This document shows positions 47,331 to 59,062 of a stretch of 64,000 bases of DNA, in pieces. Each line of letters starts with the position of its first letter. The first letter of the stretch is position 1. A program made the translations under genes and the position numbers. The notes beneath the pieces are model-generated. The model had not been told where the DNA came from. It saw nothing but the letters and a program-made list of their open reading frames with translations, and searched no databases. Location: the NCBI RefSeq assembly GCF_054482525.1, contig NZ_CM137006.1; one strand, 5' to 3'.

Positions 47331-47350
<20 letters not shown>
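46301..47350 (+). CDS. truD: tRNA pseudouridine(13) synthase TruD
   Basis: 349-aa [51 protein letters not shown]... Confidence 0.92.
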
Positions 47351-48712
<1,362 letters not shown>

Positions 48713-48851
48713 AACGTGAGGAAATACCTGGATTTTTCCTGGTTATTTTGCCGCAGGTCAGCGTATCGTGAACATCTTTTCCAGTGTTCAGTATGGTGCC
48801 TTGCACGGTAATTATGTCACTGGTTATTAACCAATTTTTCCTGGGGGATAA

Positions 48852-49991
48852 ATGAGCGCGGGAAGCCCAAAATTCACCGTTCGCCGCATTGCGGCTTTGT
48901 CACTGGTTTCGCTATGGCTGGCAGGCTGTTCTGACACTTCAAATCCACCGGCACCGGTCAGCTCCGTTAATGGCAATGCGCCTGCAAATACCAATTCTGG
49001 TATGTTGATTACGCCGCCGCCGAAAATGGGGACGACGTCTACAGCGCAGCAACCGCAAATTCAGCCGGTACAGCAGCCACAAATTCAGGCTACTCAACAA
49101 CCGCAAATCCAGCCAGTACAGCCAGTAGCTCAGCAGCCGGTACAGATGGAAAACGGACGCATCGTCTACAACCGCCAGTATGGGAACATTCCGAAAGGCA
49201 GTTATAGCGGCAGTACCTATACCGTGAAAAAAGGCGACACACTTTTCTATATCGCCTGGATTACTGGCAACGATTTCCGTGACCTTGCTCAGCGCAACAA
49301 TATTCAGGCACCATACGCGCTGAACGTCGGTCAGACCTTACAGGTGGGTAATGCTTCCGGTACGCCAATCACTGGCGGAAATGCCATTACCCAGGCCGAT
49401 GCAGCAGAGCAAGGAGTTGTGATCAAGCCTGCACAAAATTCCACCGTTGCTGTTGCGTCGCAACCGACAATTACGTATTCTGAGTCTTCGGGTGAACAGA
49501 GTGCTAACAAAATGTTGCCGAACAACAAGCCAACTGCGACCACGGTCACAGCGCCTGTAACGGTACCAACAGCAAGCACAACCGAGCCGACTGTCAGCAG
49601 TACATCAACCAGTACGCCTATCTCCACCTGGCGCTGGCCGACTGAGGGCAAAGTGATCGAAACCTTTGGCGCTTCTGAGGGGGGCAACAAGGGGATTGAT
49701 ATCGCAGGCAGCAAAGGACAGGCAATTATCGCGACCGCAGATGGCCGCGTTGTTTATGCCGGTAACGCGCTGCGCGGCTACGGTAATCTGATTATCATCA
49801 AACATAATGATGATTACCTGAGTGCCTACGCCCATAACGACACAATGCTGGTCCGGGAACAACAAGAAGTGAAGGCGGGGCAAAAAATAGCAACCATGGG
49901 TAGCACCGGAACCAGTTCAACACGCTTGCATTTTGAAATTCGTTACAAGGGGAAATCCGTAAACCCGCTGCGTTATTTGCCGCAGCGATAA
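48852..49991 (+). CDS. nlpD: Lipoprotein NlpD (LysM plus M23 peptidase-like activator of amidase)
   Basis: 379-aa ORF with lipobox LAGC and a Q/P-rich tandem repeat ([25 protein letters not shown]). Confidence 0.93.
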   Translation: MSAGSPKFTVRRIAALSLVSLWLAGCSDTSNPPAPVSSVNGNAPANTNSGMLITPPPKMGTTSTAQQPQIQPVQQPQIQATQQPQIQPVQPVAQQPVQMENGRIVYNRQYGNIPKGSYSGSTYTVKKGDTLFYIAWITGNDFRDLAQRNNIQAPYALNVGQTLQVGNASGTPITGGNAITQADAAEQGVVIKPAQNSTVAVASQPTITYSESSGEQSANKMLPNNKPTATTVTAPVTVPTASTTEPTVSSTSTSTPISTWRWPTEGKVIETFGASEGGNKGIDIAGSKGQAIIATADGRVVYAGNALRGYGNLIIIKHNDDYLSAYAHNDTMLVREQQEVKAGQKIATMGSTGTSSTRLHFEIRYKGKSVNPLRYLPQR

Positions 49992-50053
49992 ATCGGCGGA
50001 ACCAGGCTTTTGCTTGAATGTTCCGTCAAGGGATCACGGGTAGGAGCCACCTT

Positions 50054-51046
50054 ATGAGTCAGAATACGCTGAAAGTTCATGATTTAAATGAAGATGCGGA
50101 ATTTGATGAGAACGGAGTTGAGGTTTTTGACGAAAAGGCCTTAGTAGAAGAGGAACCCAGTGATAACGATTTGGCCGAAGAGGAACTGTTATCGCAGGGA
50201 GCCACACAGCGTGTGTTGGACGCGACTCAGCTTTACCTTGGTGAGATTGGTTATTCACCACTGTTAACGGCCGAAGAAGAAGTTTATTTTGCGCGTCGCG
50301 CACTGCGTGGAGATGTTGCCTCCCGCCGCCGGATGATCGAGAGTAACTTGCGTCTGGTGGTAAAAATTGCCCGCCGTTATGGCAATCGTGGTCTGGCGTT
50401 GCTGGACCTGATCGAAGAGGGCAACCTGGGGCTGATCCGCGCGGTAGAGAAGTTTGACCCGGAACGTGGTTTCCGCTTCTCAACATACGCAACCTGGTGG
50501 ATTCGCCAGACGATTGAACGGGCGATTATGAACCAAACCCGTACTATTCGTTTGCCTATTCACATCGTAAAGGAGCTGAACGTTTACCTGCGAACCGCAC
50601 GCGAGTTGTCCCATAAACTGGACCACGAACCAAGTGCGGAAGAGATCGCAGAGCAACTGGATAAGCCAGTTGATGACGTCAGCCGTATGCTTCGTCTTAA
50701 CGAGCGCATTACCTCGGTAGACACCCCGCTGGGTGGTGATTCCGAAAAAGCGTTGCTGGACATCCTGGCCGATGAAAAAGAGAACGGTCCGGAAGATACC
50801 ACGCAAGATGACGATATGAAGCAGAGCATCGTCAAATGGCTGTTCGAGCTGAACGCCAAACAGCGTGAAGTACTGGCACGTCGATTCGGTTTGCTGGGGT
50901 ACGAAGCGGCAACACTGGAAGATGTAGGTCGTGAAATTGGCCTCACCCGTGAACGTGTTCGCCAGATTCAGGTTGAAGGCCTGCGCCGTTTGCGCGAAAT
51001 CCTGCAAACGCAGGGGCTGAATATCGAAGCGCTGTTCCGCGAGTAA
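50054..51046 (+). CDS. rpoS: RNA polymerase sigma factor RpoS (sigma-38), full length
   Basis: ORF from [66 protein letters not shown]... (330 aa); no internal stop. Confidence 0.95.
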   Translation: MSQNTLKVHDLNEDAEFDENGVEVFDEKALVEEEPSDNDLAEEELLSQGATQRVLDATQLYLGEIGYSPLLTAEEEVYFARRALRGDVASRRRMIESNLRLVVKIARRYGNRGLALLDLIEEGNLGLIRAVEKFDPERGFRFSTYATWWIRQTIERAIMNQTRTIRLPIHIVKELNVYLRTARELSHKLDHEPSAEEIAEQLDKPVDDVSRMLRLNERITSVDTPLGGDSEKALLDILADEKENGPEDTTQDDDMKQSIVKWLFELNAKQREVLARRFGLLGYEAATLEDVGREIGLTRERVRQIQVEGLRRLREILQTQGLNIEALFRE

Positions 51047-51061
51047 GTAAGCATCTGTCAG

Positions 51062-51098
51062 AAAGGCCAGTCTCAAGCGAGGCTGGCCTTTTTCTTTT
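51062..51098 (+). terminator. rpoS rho-independent terminator
   Basis: aaaggccagtctcaagcgaggctggcctttttctttt. Confidence 0.7.
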
Positions 51099-51165
51099 GG
51101 TTGGGGAGCCGGTGTGTTTGTGGGCTGGATAAGCCGCGATAGCGTCGCATCCGGCAATTTGCACC

Positions 51166-51573
51166 CTATGTGTTCATCATCTTGCGCACCAACTGCATAA
51201 ACAGCTCCTTCTCTTCTGCACTCAAACGCCCCAAAAATTCCTCATCCACACTGTCACCAATCGGTATCGCCGCAGCAAGTACCTTTTCTCCTTCGGCAGT
51301 CAGCCAGACAAAGCGACGCCGCTTGTCAGCGGTGTCATGTTCGCGTCTGACTAAGCCACGATTTTCCATTCTTGCCAACATTTCTGCCAGCGTTGCTTTG
51401 GTGCTGACGGCTGCTTCCATCAGTGCCACCTGTTCGATACCTGGTTTATCAGCAATGGCGCGCATCACCGCGTACTGTGGTTTGGTCAGGTCAGGTAACT
51501 CGTGCTGCCAGCGAGCCGTATGCTGCTGAAAAAGCTGTCGTAACTGATGGAACGCTTTATTTCGTAACGCCAT
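51166..51573 (-). CDS. MarR/SlyA-family transcriptional regulator, divergent from the decarboxylase operon
   Basis: 135-aa ORF MALRNKAFHQLRQLFQQHTARWQHELPDLTKPQYAVMRAIADKPGIEQVALMEAAVSTKATLAEMLARMENRGLVRREH... (winged-helix MarR signature). Confidence 0.8.
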   Translation of the reverse strand: MALRNKAFHQLRQLFQQHTARWQHELPDLTKPQYAVMRAIADKPGIEQVALMEAAVSTKATLAEMLARMENRGLVRREHDTADKRRRFVWLTAEGEKVLAAAIPIGDSVDEEFLGRLSAEEKELFMQLVRKMMNT

Positions 51574-51597
51574 GTAAACTCCGGGCTAATTCTCTGT

Positions 51598-51610
51598 CGC
51601 TATCATAGCG
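51598..51610. promoter_or_regulatory. Palindrome cgctatcatagcg just upstream of the MarR-family gene (operator candidate)
   Basis: 13-bp perfect palindrome 25 bp upstream of the regulator start codon. Confidence 0.35.
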
Positions 51611-51687
51611 GTTTTTCAGTGACGAAGAAGATGTTGTTACTTTTCAATCCTTGCCGCTGTGGAAATGAAGGACTATGTTAATAATAA

Positions 51688-51701
51688 CGTTCGTATACGA
51701 A
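51688..51701. promoter_or_regulatory. Palindrome gttcgtatacgaac just upstream of the UbiX-like gene (operator candidate)
   Basis: 14-bp perfect palindrome about 20 bp upstream of the start codon at 51720. Confidence 0.35.
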
Positions 51702-51719
51702 CAATTAAGAGAGTAAGCA

Positions 51720-52313
51720 ATGAAACTGATCGTCGGGATGACAGGGGCTACCGGTGCGCCTCTTGGTGTGGCATTACTGCAAGCGCTGCGGGAGATGCCG
51801 AATGTCGAGACTCATCTGGTGATGTCGAAGTGGGCGAAAACCACTATTGAACTGGAAACGCCTTACAGCGCTCGCGATGTTGCCGCCCTCGCAGACTTCA
51901 GCCATAACCCGGCGGATCAGGCGGCGACTATCTCTTCCGGCTCCTTTCGTACCGACGGCATGATCGTTATTCCATGCAGTATGAAAACGCTCGCCGGTAT
52001 CCGCGCTGGTTACGCCGATGGTCTCGTAGGGCGCGCGGCGGACGTCGTGCTCAAAGAAGGCCGCAAACTGGTGCTGGTGCCGCGTGAAATGCCGCTTAGC
52101 ACAATCCATCTCGAAAATATGCTCGCACTTTCGCGCATGGGCGTGGCGATGGTGCCGCCCATGCCTGCCTTTTATAACCATCCCGAAACGGTAGATGACA
52201 TTGTCCACCACGTGGTAGCCCGCGTGCTGGATCAATTTGGCCTCGAACATCCTCACGCCAGGCGCTGGCAAGGATTGCCGCAGGCCCGGAATTTTTCTCA
52301 GGAGAATGAATAA
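51720..52313 (+). CDS. UbiX/Pad1-family flavin prenyltransferase (B subunit of a non-oxidative hydroxyarylic acid decarboxylase; EcdB/BsdB-like)
   Basis: 197-aa ORF MKLIVGMTGATGAPLGVALLQAL... (UbiX N-terminal GMTGATG signature). Confidence 0.85.
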   Translation: MKLIVGMTGATGAPLGVALLQALREMPNVETHLVMSKWAKTTIELETPYSARDVAALADFSHNPADQAATISSGSFRTDGMIVIPCSMKTLAGIRAGYADGLVGRAADVVLKEGRKLVLVPREMPLSTIHLENMLALSRMGVAMVPPMPAFYNHPETVDDIVHHVVARVLDQFGLEHPHARRWQGLPQARNFSQENE

Positions 52314-53740
52314 TGGCATTTGATGATTTACGCAGCTTTTTACAGGCGCTTGATGACCACGGCCAGTTACTGAAAATCAGCGAAGAGGTGAACGCGGAAC
52401 CGGATCTGGCTGCCGCTGCCAACGCCACCGGGCGTATCGGCGATGGTGCACCGGCTCTGTGGTTTGACAATATTCGCGGCTTTACCGATGCCCGCGTGGC
52501 GATGAATACCATCGGTTCCTGGCAGAACCACGCGATTTCCCTCGGCCTGCCGCCAAACACCCCGGTTAAAAAACAGATTGATGAGTTTATCCGCCGCTGG
52601 GATAACTTCCCCATTGCCCCGGAGCGCCGCGCCAATCCAGCCTGGGCGCAGAACACCGTCGATGGCGACGAGATCAACCTGTTCGATATTCTGCCACTGT
52701 TTCGTTTAAACGACGGTGATGGCGGTTTCTATCTCGACAAAGCGTGCGTGGTTTCCCGCGATCCGCTTGATCCGGATAACTTCGGCAAGCAGAACGTCGG
52801 CATCTACCGTATGGAAGTGAAGGGTAAGCGTAAGCTCGGTCTGCAACCGGTGCCGATGCACGATATCGCCCTGCATCTGCATAAAGCGGAAGAGCGCGGT
52901 GAAGATCTGCCGATTGCAATCACGCTCGGTAACGATCCGATCATCACCCTGATGGGGGCCACGCCGCTGAAATACGATCAGTCTGAGTATGAAATGGCAG
53001 GCGCGCTGCGCGAAAGCCCGTATCCGATCGCCACCGCGCCATTGACCGGTTTTGATGTGCCGTGGGGCTCGGAGGTGATCCTCGAAGGAGTCATCGAAAG
53101 CCGCAAACGCGAGATTGAAGGGCCATTCGGTGAGTTTACCGGCCACTACTCAGGCGGGCGCAATATGACCGTCGTGCGCATTGATAAAGTCTCTTATCGC
53201 AGCAAACCCATTTTTGAATCGCTCTATCTCGGGATGCCGTGGACGGAAATCGACTACCTGATGGGTCCAGCCACCTGCGTGCCGCTGTATCAGCAACTGA
53301 AAGCCGAGTTCCCGGAAGTGCAGGCGGTGAACGCCATGTACACCCACGGCCTGCTGGCGATTATCTCCACCAAAAAACGCTACGGTGGCTTTGCCCGCGC
53401 GGTGGGCCTGCGTGCGATGACCACGCCACACGGTCTGGGCTACGTGAAGATGGTGATTATGGTCGATGAAGACGTTGATCCGTTCAACCTGCCGCAGGTG
53501 ATGTGGGCGCTCTCTTCGAAAGTGAACCCGGCAGGGGATTTGGTGCAGTTGCCGAATATGTCCGTGCTGGAACTCGACCCAGGCTCAAGCCCAGCAGGGA
53601 TCACCGACAAGCTGATTATCGACGCCACCACGCCTGTCGCCCCGGACAACCGTGGTCACTACAGCCAGCCCGTGGTGGATTTGCCGGAAACCAAAGCCTG
53701 GGCTGAAAAACTGACCGCTATGCTGGCCGCACGTAAATAA
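52313..53740 (+). CDS. UbiD-family decarboxylase (C subunit; EcdC/BsdC-like)
   Basis: 475-aa ORF MAFDDLRSFLQALDDHGQLLKISEEVNAEPDLAAAANATGR...; start overlaps the upstream stop. Confidence 0.85.
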   Translation: MAFDDLRSFLQALDDHGQLLKISEEVNAEPDLAAAANATGRIGDGAPALWFDNIRGFTDARVAMNTIGSWQNHAISLGLPPNTPVKKQIDEFIRRWDNFPIAPERRANPAWAQNTVDGDEINLFDILPLFRLNDGDGGFYLDKACVVSRDPLDPDNFGKQNVGIYRMEVKGKRKLGLQPVPMHDIALHLHKAEERGEDLPIAITLGNDPIITLMGATPLKYDQSEYEMAGALRESPYPIATAPLTGFDVPWGSEVILEGVIESRKREIEGPFGEFTGHYSGGRNMTVVRIDKVSYRSKPIFESLYLGMPWTEIDYLMGPATCVPLYQQLKAEFPEVQAVNAMYTHGLLAIISTKKRYGGFARAVGLRAMTTPHGLGYVKMVIMVDEDVDPFNLPQVMWALSSKVNPAGDLVQLPNMSVLELDPGSSPAGITDKLIIDATTPVAPDNRGHYSQPVVDLPETKAWAEKLTAMLAARK

Positions 53741-53750
53741 GGAGAACAAG

Positions 53751-53987
53751 ATGATTTGTCCACGTTGTGCCGATGAACAGATTGAAGTGATGGCGAAATC
53801 GCCGGTAAAAGATGTCTGGACGATCTATCAGTGCCAGCATTGCCTCTATACCTGGCGCGATACCGAACCGCTACGCCGCACCAGCCGCGAACATTATCCC
53901 GAAGCGTTCCGCATGACGCAGAAAGATATTGATGACGCGCCGATGGTGCCGAGCATCCCGCCGCTGCTGGCGGAAGGTAAGCGCTAA
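53751..53987 (+). CDS. Small subunit D of hydroxyarylic acid decarboxylase (EcdD/BsdD-like; Cys-rich zinc-ribbon-like)
   Basis: 78-aa ORF MICPRCADEQIEVMAKSPVKDVWTIYQCQHCLYTWRD... with CxxC...CxxC. Confidence 0.75.
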   Translation: MICPRCADEQIEVMAKSPVKDVWTIYQCQHCLYTWRDTEPLRRTSREHYPEAFRMTQKDIDDAPMVPSIPPLLAEGKR

Positions 53988-53989
53988 AT

Positions 53990-54020
53990 AAAAGGTCCGA
54001 TGCCCATCGGACCTTTTTAT
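53990..54020. terminator. Bidirectional terminator hairpin between the decarboxylase operon and ygbN
   Basis: aaaaggtccgatgcccatcggacctttttat. Confidence 0.6.
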
Positions 54021-54025
54021 TAAGG

Positions 54026-55390
54026 TCAAATTACCGCCCATACGCACCAGGTAATTAAGAATCCGGTAAAACCGAGAATGGTCGTTAACACTGTCCAGGT
54101 TTTCAGACCGTCTGCTACCGACAACCCCAGATATTTGGTCACAATCCAGAACCCTGAGTCATTAATATGTGACGCGCCAAGCCCACCAAAGCAGGCTGCC
54201 AGCGTCACCAATACGCACTGAATCGGATTCAATCCCATCACCGCTTCTGAGAGTAACCCGCCGGTTGTCAGGATTGCTACGGTTGCTGACCCCTGCGATG
54301 CACGCAGCGCCAGTGAAATAATAAATGCGGCTGGTAACAGAGGCAGGTCAATCATTTGTAGCATGTTGGCAAGGGCTTTGCCGACGCCCGATTCCACCAG
54401 CACTTTGCCAAATACCCCTCCAGCACCAGTAACCAAAATCACTACCGCCGCAGTGGGAAGGGCTGAGCCCATAATGTCGCTGGTGTGTTGTAAGCTCCAG
54501 CCGCGACGTAAAGCCAATAACCAGAATGCCAGCACCAGCGCAATCATTAGAGCTACCATTGGTGAGCCGATCAGCTGTAGCGTACCAAGCAGGGGATGCG
54601 AAGGCGGCATCAGTGTTGCGGAAACCGTACCCGCCATGATAATCGCGATAGGAATAACAATTAGCGAGGTGACCAGCGCGACGCCCGGTGGATTTATTTT
54701 ATCGCTTAATTTTGTCGCGCCTTCCTCACTGGCCGGAGCCAGTTGCATCTGTTCCAGTACTTCCACCGACATCGCATATTGGCGCTTATTGATTATTTTC
54801 GCTGCAAAGTAGCCAACAATCCCTGCTGGAATAGAAATCGCAATACCGATGATGGTTAGCCAGCCGATGTCTGCGTGGAGTAACCCCGCTGCGGCGACAG
54901 GGCCTGGATGCGGCGGTACCGCCACATGAACAGTTAGCATGATTCCAGCGACAGGCAGGCCAAATTTGAGTGGCGATATTTTGGCAACCTTGGCAAAACC
55001 GTAAATGATTGGCGCAAGAATAATAAAGCCGACATCAAAGAAGACGGGAATACCGAGGAAGAACGCTGCCAGAGTCAGCGCAGCGATAGTTCGTTTGTCA
55101 CCTAACTTGCGACTGAAATAATTAGCCAGTGACTCTGCACCACCAGAGTGTTCGATCATACGCCCCAGCATAGCGCCCAGACCAATAATAATAGTGACGG
55201 AACCAAGCACACCGCCCATCCCGGCGATCATCACTTTACCCACTTCGCCCGCTGGTATACCCGCCGCAAGTGCGACTAACAGGCTGACGAGGAGCAGAGC
55301 AACGAATGGTTGTACCTTTGCCTTGATGACCAGCAGCAACAGCATGATTACGCCAGTTAACGCAATGCATAACAATGTAATTGTGGACAT
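54026..55390 (-). CDS. ygbN: GntP-family permease YgbN
   Basis: 454-aa polytopic membrane ORF MSTITLLCIALTGVIMLLLLVIKAKVQPFVALLLVSLLVALAAG... Confidence 0.88.
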   Translation of the reverse strand: MSTITLLCIALTGVIMLLLLVIKAKVQPFVALLLVSLLVALAAGIPAGEVGKVMIAGMGGVLGSVTIIIGLGAMLGRMIEHSGGAESLANYFSRKLGDKRTIAALTLAAFFLGIPVFFDVGFIILAPIIYGFAKVAKISPLKFGLPVAGIMLTVHVAVPPHPGPVAAAGLLHADIGWLTIIGIAISIPAGIVGYFAAKIINKRQYAMSVEVLEQMQLAPASEEGATKLSDKINPPGVALVTSLIVIPIAIIMAGTVSATLMPPSHPLLGTLQLIGSPMVALMIALVLAFWLLALRRGWSLQHTSDIMGSALPTAAVVILVTGAGGVFGKVLVESGVGKALANMLQMIDLPLLPAAFIISLALRASQGSATVAILTTGGLLSEAVMGLNPIQCVLVTLAACFGGLGASHINDSGFWIVTKYLGLSVADGLKTWTVLTTILGFTGFLITWCVWAVI

Positions 55391-55478
55391 GGGAAACCCT
55401 GTCTGAAAGTTATAGTTAACCTACCCCATCCGTAGATGGGGGGATGTATGGGTACGTTGTAATTAGGGATTTAACGAA

Positions 55479-56255
55479 TTAGCGCCAGGCGTCAAACCAG
55501 CCAAGCCCTTCTTCGGTGAGGCCACGAGGTTTATATTCACAACCGATCCAGCCCTGATATCCCACCTCATCGAACAGGCGGAACAGCCACGGATAGTTGA
55601 TTTCTCCATCGTCCGGTTCATGTCGATCAGGTAGTCCGGCAATTTGTACGTGCGCATATTTCCCGGCGTAGTCGCGGATTAAATGCGTCAGGTTGCCATC
55701 TACTTTTTGCGCATGAAAAGTATCTAGTTGAATAAACACGTTATCTCGCGCAACTTCTTCAACAATAGCCAGTGCCTGATACTGGCTGGAGAAGAGATAA
55801 TGAGGCTTAACGCCGGGGCTGAGTGCTTCAACTAATATTCGCTTGCCGTGTGGTGCAAAGCGGTCGGCAGCGTAGCGGATATTATCGATAAATACTGCCC
55901 TGTACCGTTCAGCATCTTCGCCAGCGGGCACGACGCCTGCCATCACATGGACTTGTTCACAATTGAGCGCCAATGCATATTCCAGTGCCAGGTCGATGTC
56001 TGCGTGTGCTTCGTGCTCACGTCCGGGAAGGGCGGATAATCCCCATTCCCCCGCATTAATATCTCCGGGAGCGGTATTGAACAGCGCCAGTGTCAGATGG
56101 TTTTGCTCCAGTTGCTTTTGGATTTGCAGGGTGGAGTAGTTATAGGGAAACAGAAATTCCACAGCATCGAACCCGGCTTTTCGCGCTGCGGCGAAGCGTT
56201 CAATAAAAGGCACTTCGGTGAACATCATGGATAAATTAGCTGCAAAACGAGGCAT
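55479..56255 (-). CDS. ygbM: Sugar-phosphate isomerase-like protein YgbM (2-oxo-tetronate isomerase OtnI; hydroxypyruvate isomerase family)
   Basis: 258-aa [41 protein letters not shown]... Confidence 0.85.
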
Positions 56256-56259
56256 TGCA

Positions 56260-56898
56260 TTAACTCCTTAATTCCGCAATTTCACCTGCGGTCAGATAAC
56301 GGATCGGGCGGTCACCGAGAATAAAAATCAGCTTTGCCGTTTCCTCCAGCTCTTCCATATTGTTGGCGGCTTCTTGCAGGCTTTCACCGCAAACCACTGG
56401 GCCATGATTTGCCAGTAAAAAAGCCTGATTGTCTGCTGCCAGTTCCGCCAGATCCTGTGCGATGCGTTTATCGCCCGGTCGGTAATAAGGCACCAGCGGG
56501 ATATTTCCCATCCGCATCACCACGTATGGTGTGAACGGACGAATAACGTTGCTGCTGTCCAGCCCTTGCAGGCAGGAAAGCGCCGTCGACCATGTGCTGT
56601 GCAAATGCACCACCGCTTTACAGCGCGGATTGTTGCGATACAGCGCCAGATGAAAGAGCACCTCTTTCGAGGGTTTGTCACCACTTAACCATTCGCCATC
56701 CGCGGCGACTTTGGAAAGCCGCTGCGGATCGAGATTGCCCAGGCATGAACCTGTCGGTGTCGCCAGTAAATTCCCGTCAGGTAAAAGCAGCGACAGATTG
56801 CCAGCCGAACCGGTTGCATAGCCGCGCTGAAAGAATGAACTGGCAATCCGCGTCATCTCCTCTCGCAAAGACTGCTCTACTTTTGCGAAATCGCTCAT
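56260..56898 (-). CDS. ygbL: Class II aldolase/adducin-family decarboxylase YgbL (OtnC)
   Basis: 212-aa [42 protein letters not shown]... Confidence 0.85.
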
Positions 56899-58157
56899 GA
56901 TAAAAACTCTCTTTGGGCTCGTGAAAAAAAGGCTTCATCACCGAAGTTGCCAGATTTAAGGGCGAGTGAGACAGGCTTATCCAGTGCGTTTACCCACGGC
57001 ACGCCGGGGGAAATGGTTGGGCCAATATGAAACCCTTTTATTCCCAGGCTCTGTGTGACTACGCCGGAGGTCTCACCGCCTGCGACAATAAAGCGTGTCA
57101 CGCCTTCCGCGGCTAACCGCGTCGCTAGTTGAGAAAACAGTGTTTCTACTGCCTGACTGGCTTTTTGTGCACCGTATTGCTGTTGAATTGCTGCCAATGC
57201 GTCAGTGCTGGCGGTGGCAAAAACCAGTGGAGCAAGTACACTTTCCTGGCCCAGAACCCACTCTGCCAGTTCGTGTGCATAAGCGGCCAGAGTTTCAATT
57301 GAGAGGCAGCGTGCCACATCAACTTCACGGGCTGGTGCAATTTGACGGTAATGTGCTACCTGGCGGTTGGTCATTTGAGAGCATGAACCGGAGAGCACTA
57401 CGCCGCGCCCAGCGAGCGGATGCCCTGCTTTGCGAGCCTGGTTACCGTTTTCTTGCGCCCACTGCCGGGCAAGGCCAATCGCCAGACCAGAACCGCCCGT
57501 TACCAGTGGGGCATCGCGCAAGGCTTCTCCCTGAATTTCCAGATGGTGTTCGGTCAGCGCATCAAGCACCGCGTAGCGGTAGCCCTCTTGCTGTAAGCGA
57601 GCCAGCTCTTGACGAACGGCATCCACACCTTGTTCGAAAACATGTGCCGAAACGACGCCGCAGCGCCCTGTGGATTGCGCTTCAACCAGACGGGGAAGAT
57701 AGCTGTCGGTCATGGGATTTACCGGGTGATGGCGCATCCCAGATTCGGCCAGCAGTTGATTCATTACGAACAAATACCCCTGATAAACCGTACGTCCGTT
57801 GACCGGCAGGGCCGGAGAGAAGACCGTAAACGGCGTGTCGAGAGCATCCATTAATGCATCGGTAACCGGGCCGATATTACCTTTCGCCGTACTGTCGAAA
57901 GTAGAGCAGTATTTGAAATAGATCTGTTTGCAACCTTGCTGTTGCAACCAGCTCAGAGCCGCCAGCGATTGCTGTGTGGCTTCAACCACCGGACAGGAAC
58001 GCGTTTTCAGGCTGATCACCAGTGCGTCGATTGCTTCCGGCATTTTACCTGTTGGAACACCGTTAATTTGTACCGTTGGTAGACCGTTTTCCACCAGAAA
58101 ACTGGCGATATCCGTCGCGCCGGTAAAATCATCGGCGATAACGCCAATCTTGATCAT
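56895..58157 (-). CDS. ygbK: Four-carbon acid sugar kinase YgbK (OtnK)
   Basis: 420-aa ORF MIKIGVIADDFTGATDIASFLVENGLPTVQINGVPTG... Confidence 0.85.
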   Translation of the reverse strand: MIKIGVIADDFTGATDIASFLVENGLPTVQINGVPTGKMPEAIDALVISLKTRSCPVVEATQQSLAALSWLQQQGCKQIYFKYCSTFDSTAKGNIGPVTDALMDALDTPFTVFSPALPVNGRTVYQGYLFVMNQLLAESGMRHHPVNPMTDSYLPRLVEAQSTGRCGVVSAHVFEQGVDAVRQELARLQQEGYRYAVLDALTEHHLEIQGEALRDAPLVTGGSGLAIGLARQWAQENGNQARKAGHPLAGRGVVLSGSCSQMTNRQVAHYRQIAPAREVDVARCLSIETLAAYAHELAEWVLGQESVLAPLVFATASTDALAAIQQQYGAQKASQAVETLFSQLATRLAAEGVTRFIVAGGETSGVVTQSLGIKGFHIGPTISPGVPWVNALDKPVSLALKSGNFGDEAFFSRAQREFLS

Positions 58158-59062
58158 GATTTCGCTCCCGGTAGAGTGATGCCAGAGAAAATCTTGATAA
58201 CTGCGCTATCGTCTTCTTTCCCGTAACCCGCGTTACTGGCGCTGGTGAACATATTCAATGCTGTTGAGGCCAATGGCAGCGGGAAGTGCAGGGCTTTGGC
58301 TGTATCGGCAACCAGACCAAGATCCTTAACAAAAATATCGACGGCTGAATGCGGGGTGTAATCGCCATCCACCACATGACGCATCCGGTTTTCGAACATC
58401 CAGGAATTTCCGGCGGCATTGGTCACGACGTCATACATCACATCCAGCGGGATCCCCGCACGGGCTGCAAGTGCCATCGCTTCGGCTCCGGCAGCAATAT
58501 GTACGCCCGCTAACAACTGGTGAATAATTTTTACGGTCGAACCTAGTCCCGGTTCTGCACCTATGCGATAAACTTTTCCGGCAACGGCTTCCAGCACGGG
58601 TGCCAGTCGTTCAAAGGCAATATTGCTACCGGAGGCCATGACAGTCATTTCACCGTTAGCGGCTTTTACTGCACCACCAGAAACTGGCGCATCCAGCATT
58701 TCCAGATCGAATCCAGCCAGAGCGGTAGCAATTTCTTGCGCATCAGCACTAGCGATAGTGGAAGAAACCATTACTGCCGTACCGGGTTTCAGATGTTGTG
58801 CAACGCCTGTTTCACCAAACAGCACCTGTTTAACCTGGGCCGCATTGACCACCAGCACCAGCAGAGCGTCCAGTTTTTCGGCAAACGTCGCGGCGTTATC
58901 AGAAACCCCGCAAGCACCTGCCTCTTTCAACGTAGCGCAGGCATTGCTGTTCAGGTCTGCGCCCCAGGTAGAAAGACCTGCGCGGACACATGACAGTGCT
59001 GCTCCCATTCCCATTGACCCTAAGCCAACGATACCGACATGAAACTCAGATCCCGTTTTCAT
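58154..59062 (-). CDS. ygbJ: NAD-dependent L-threonate dehydrogenase YgbJ (LtnD; 3-hydroxyisobutyrate dehydrogenase family)
   Basis: 302-aa ORF MKTGSEFHVGIVGLGSMGMGAALSCVRAGLSTWGADLN... Confidence 0.85.
   Translation of the reverse strand: MKTGSEFHVGIVGLGSMGMGAALSCVRAGLSTWGADLNSNACATLKEAGACGVSDNAATFAEKLDALLVLVVNAAQVKQVLFGETGVAQHLKPGTAVMVSSTIASADAQEIATALAGFDLEMLDAPVSGGAVKAANGEMTVMASGSNIAFERLAPVLEAVAGKVYRIGAEPGLGSTVKIIHQLLAGVHIAAGAEAMALAARAGIPLDVMYDVVTNAAGNSWMFENRMRHVVDGDYTPHSAVDIFVKDLGLVADTAKALHFPLPLASTALNMFTSASNAGYGKEDDSAVIKIFSGITLPGAKS

Noticed and set aside
50480-51157. 225-aa minus-strand ORF antisense to rpoS
   Set aside because: Inside rpoS on the opposite strand and running through the rpoS terminator; no support.
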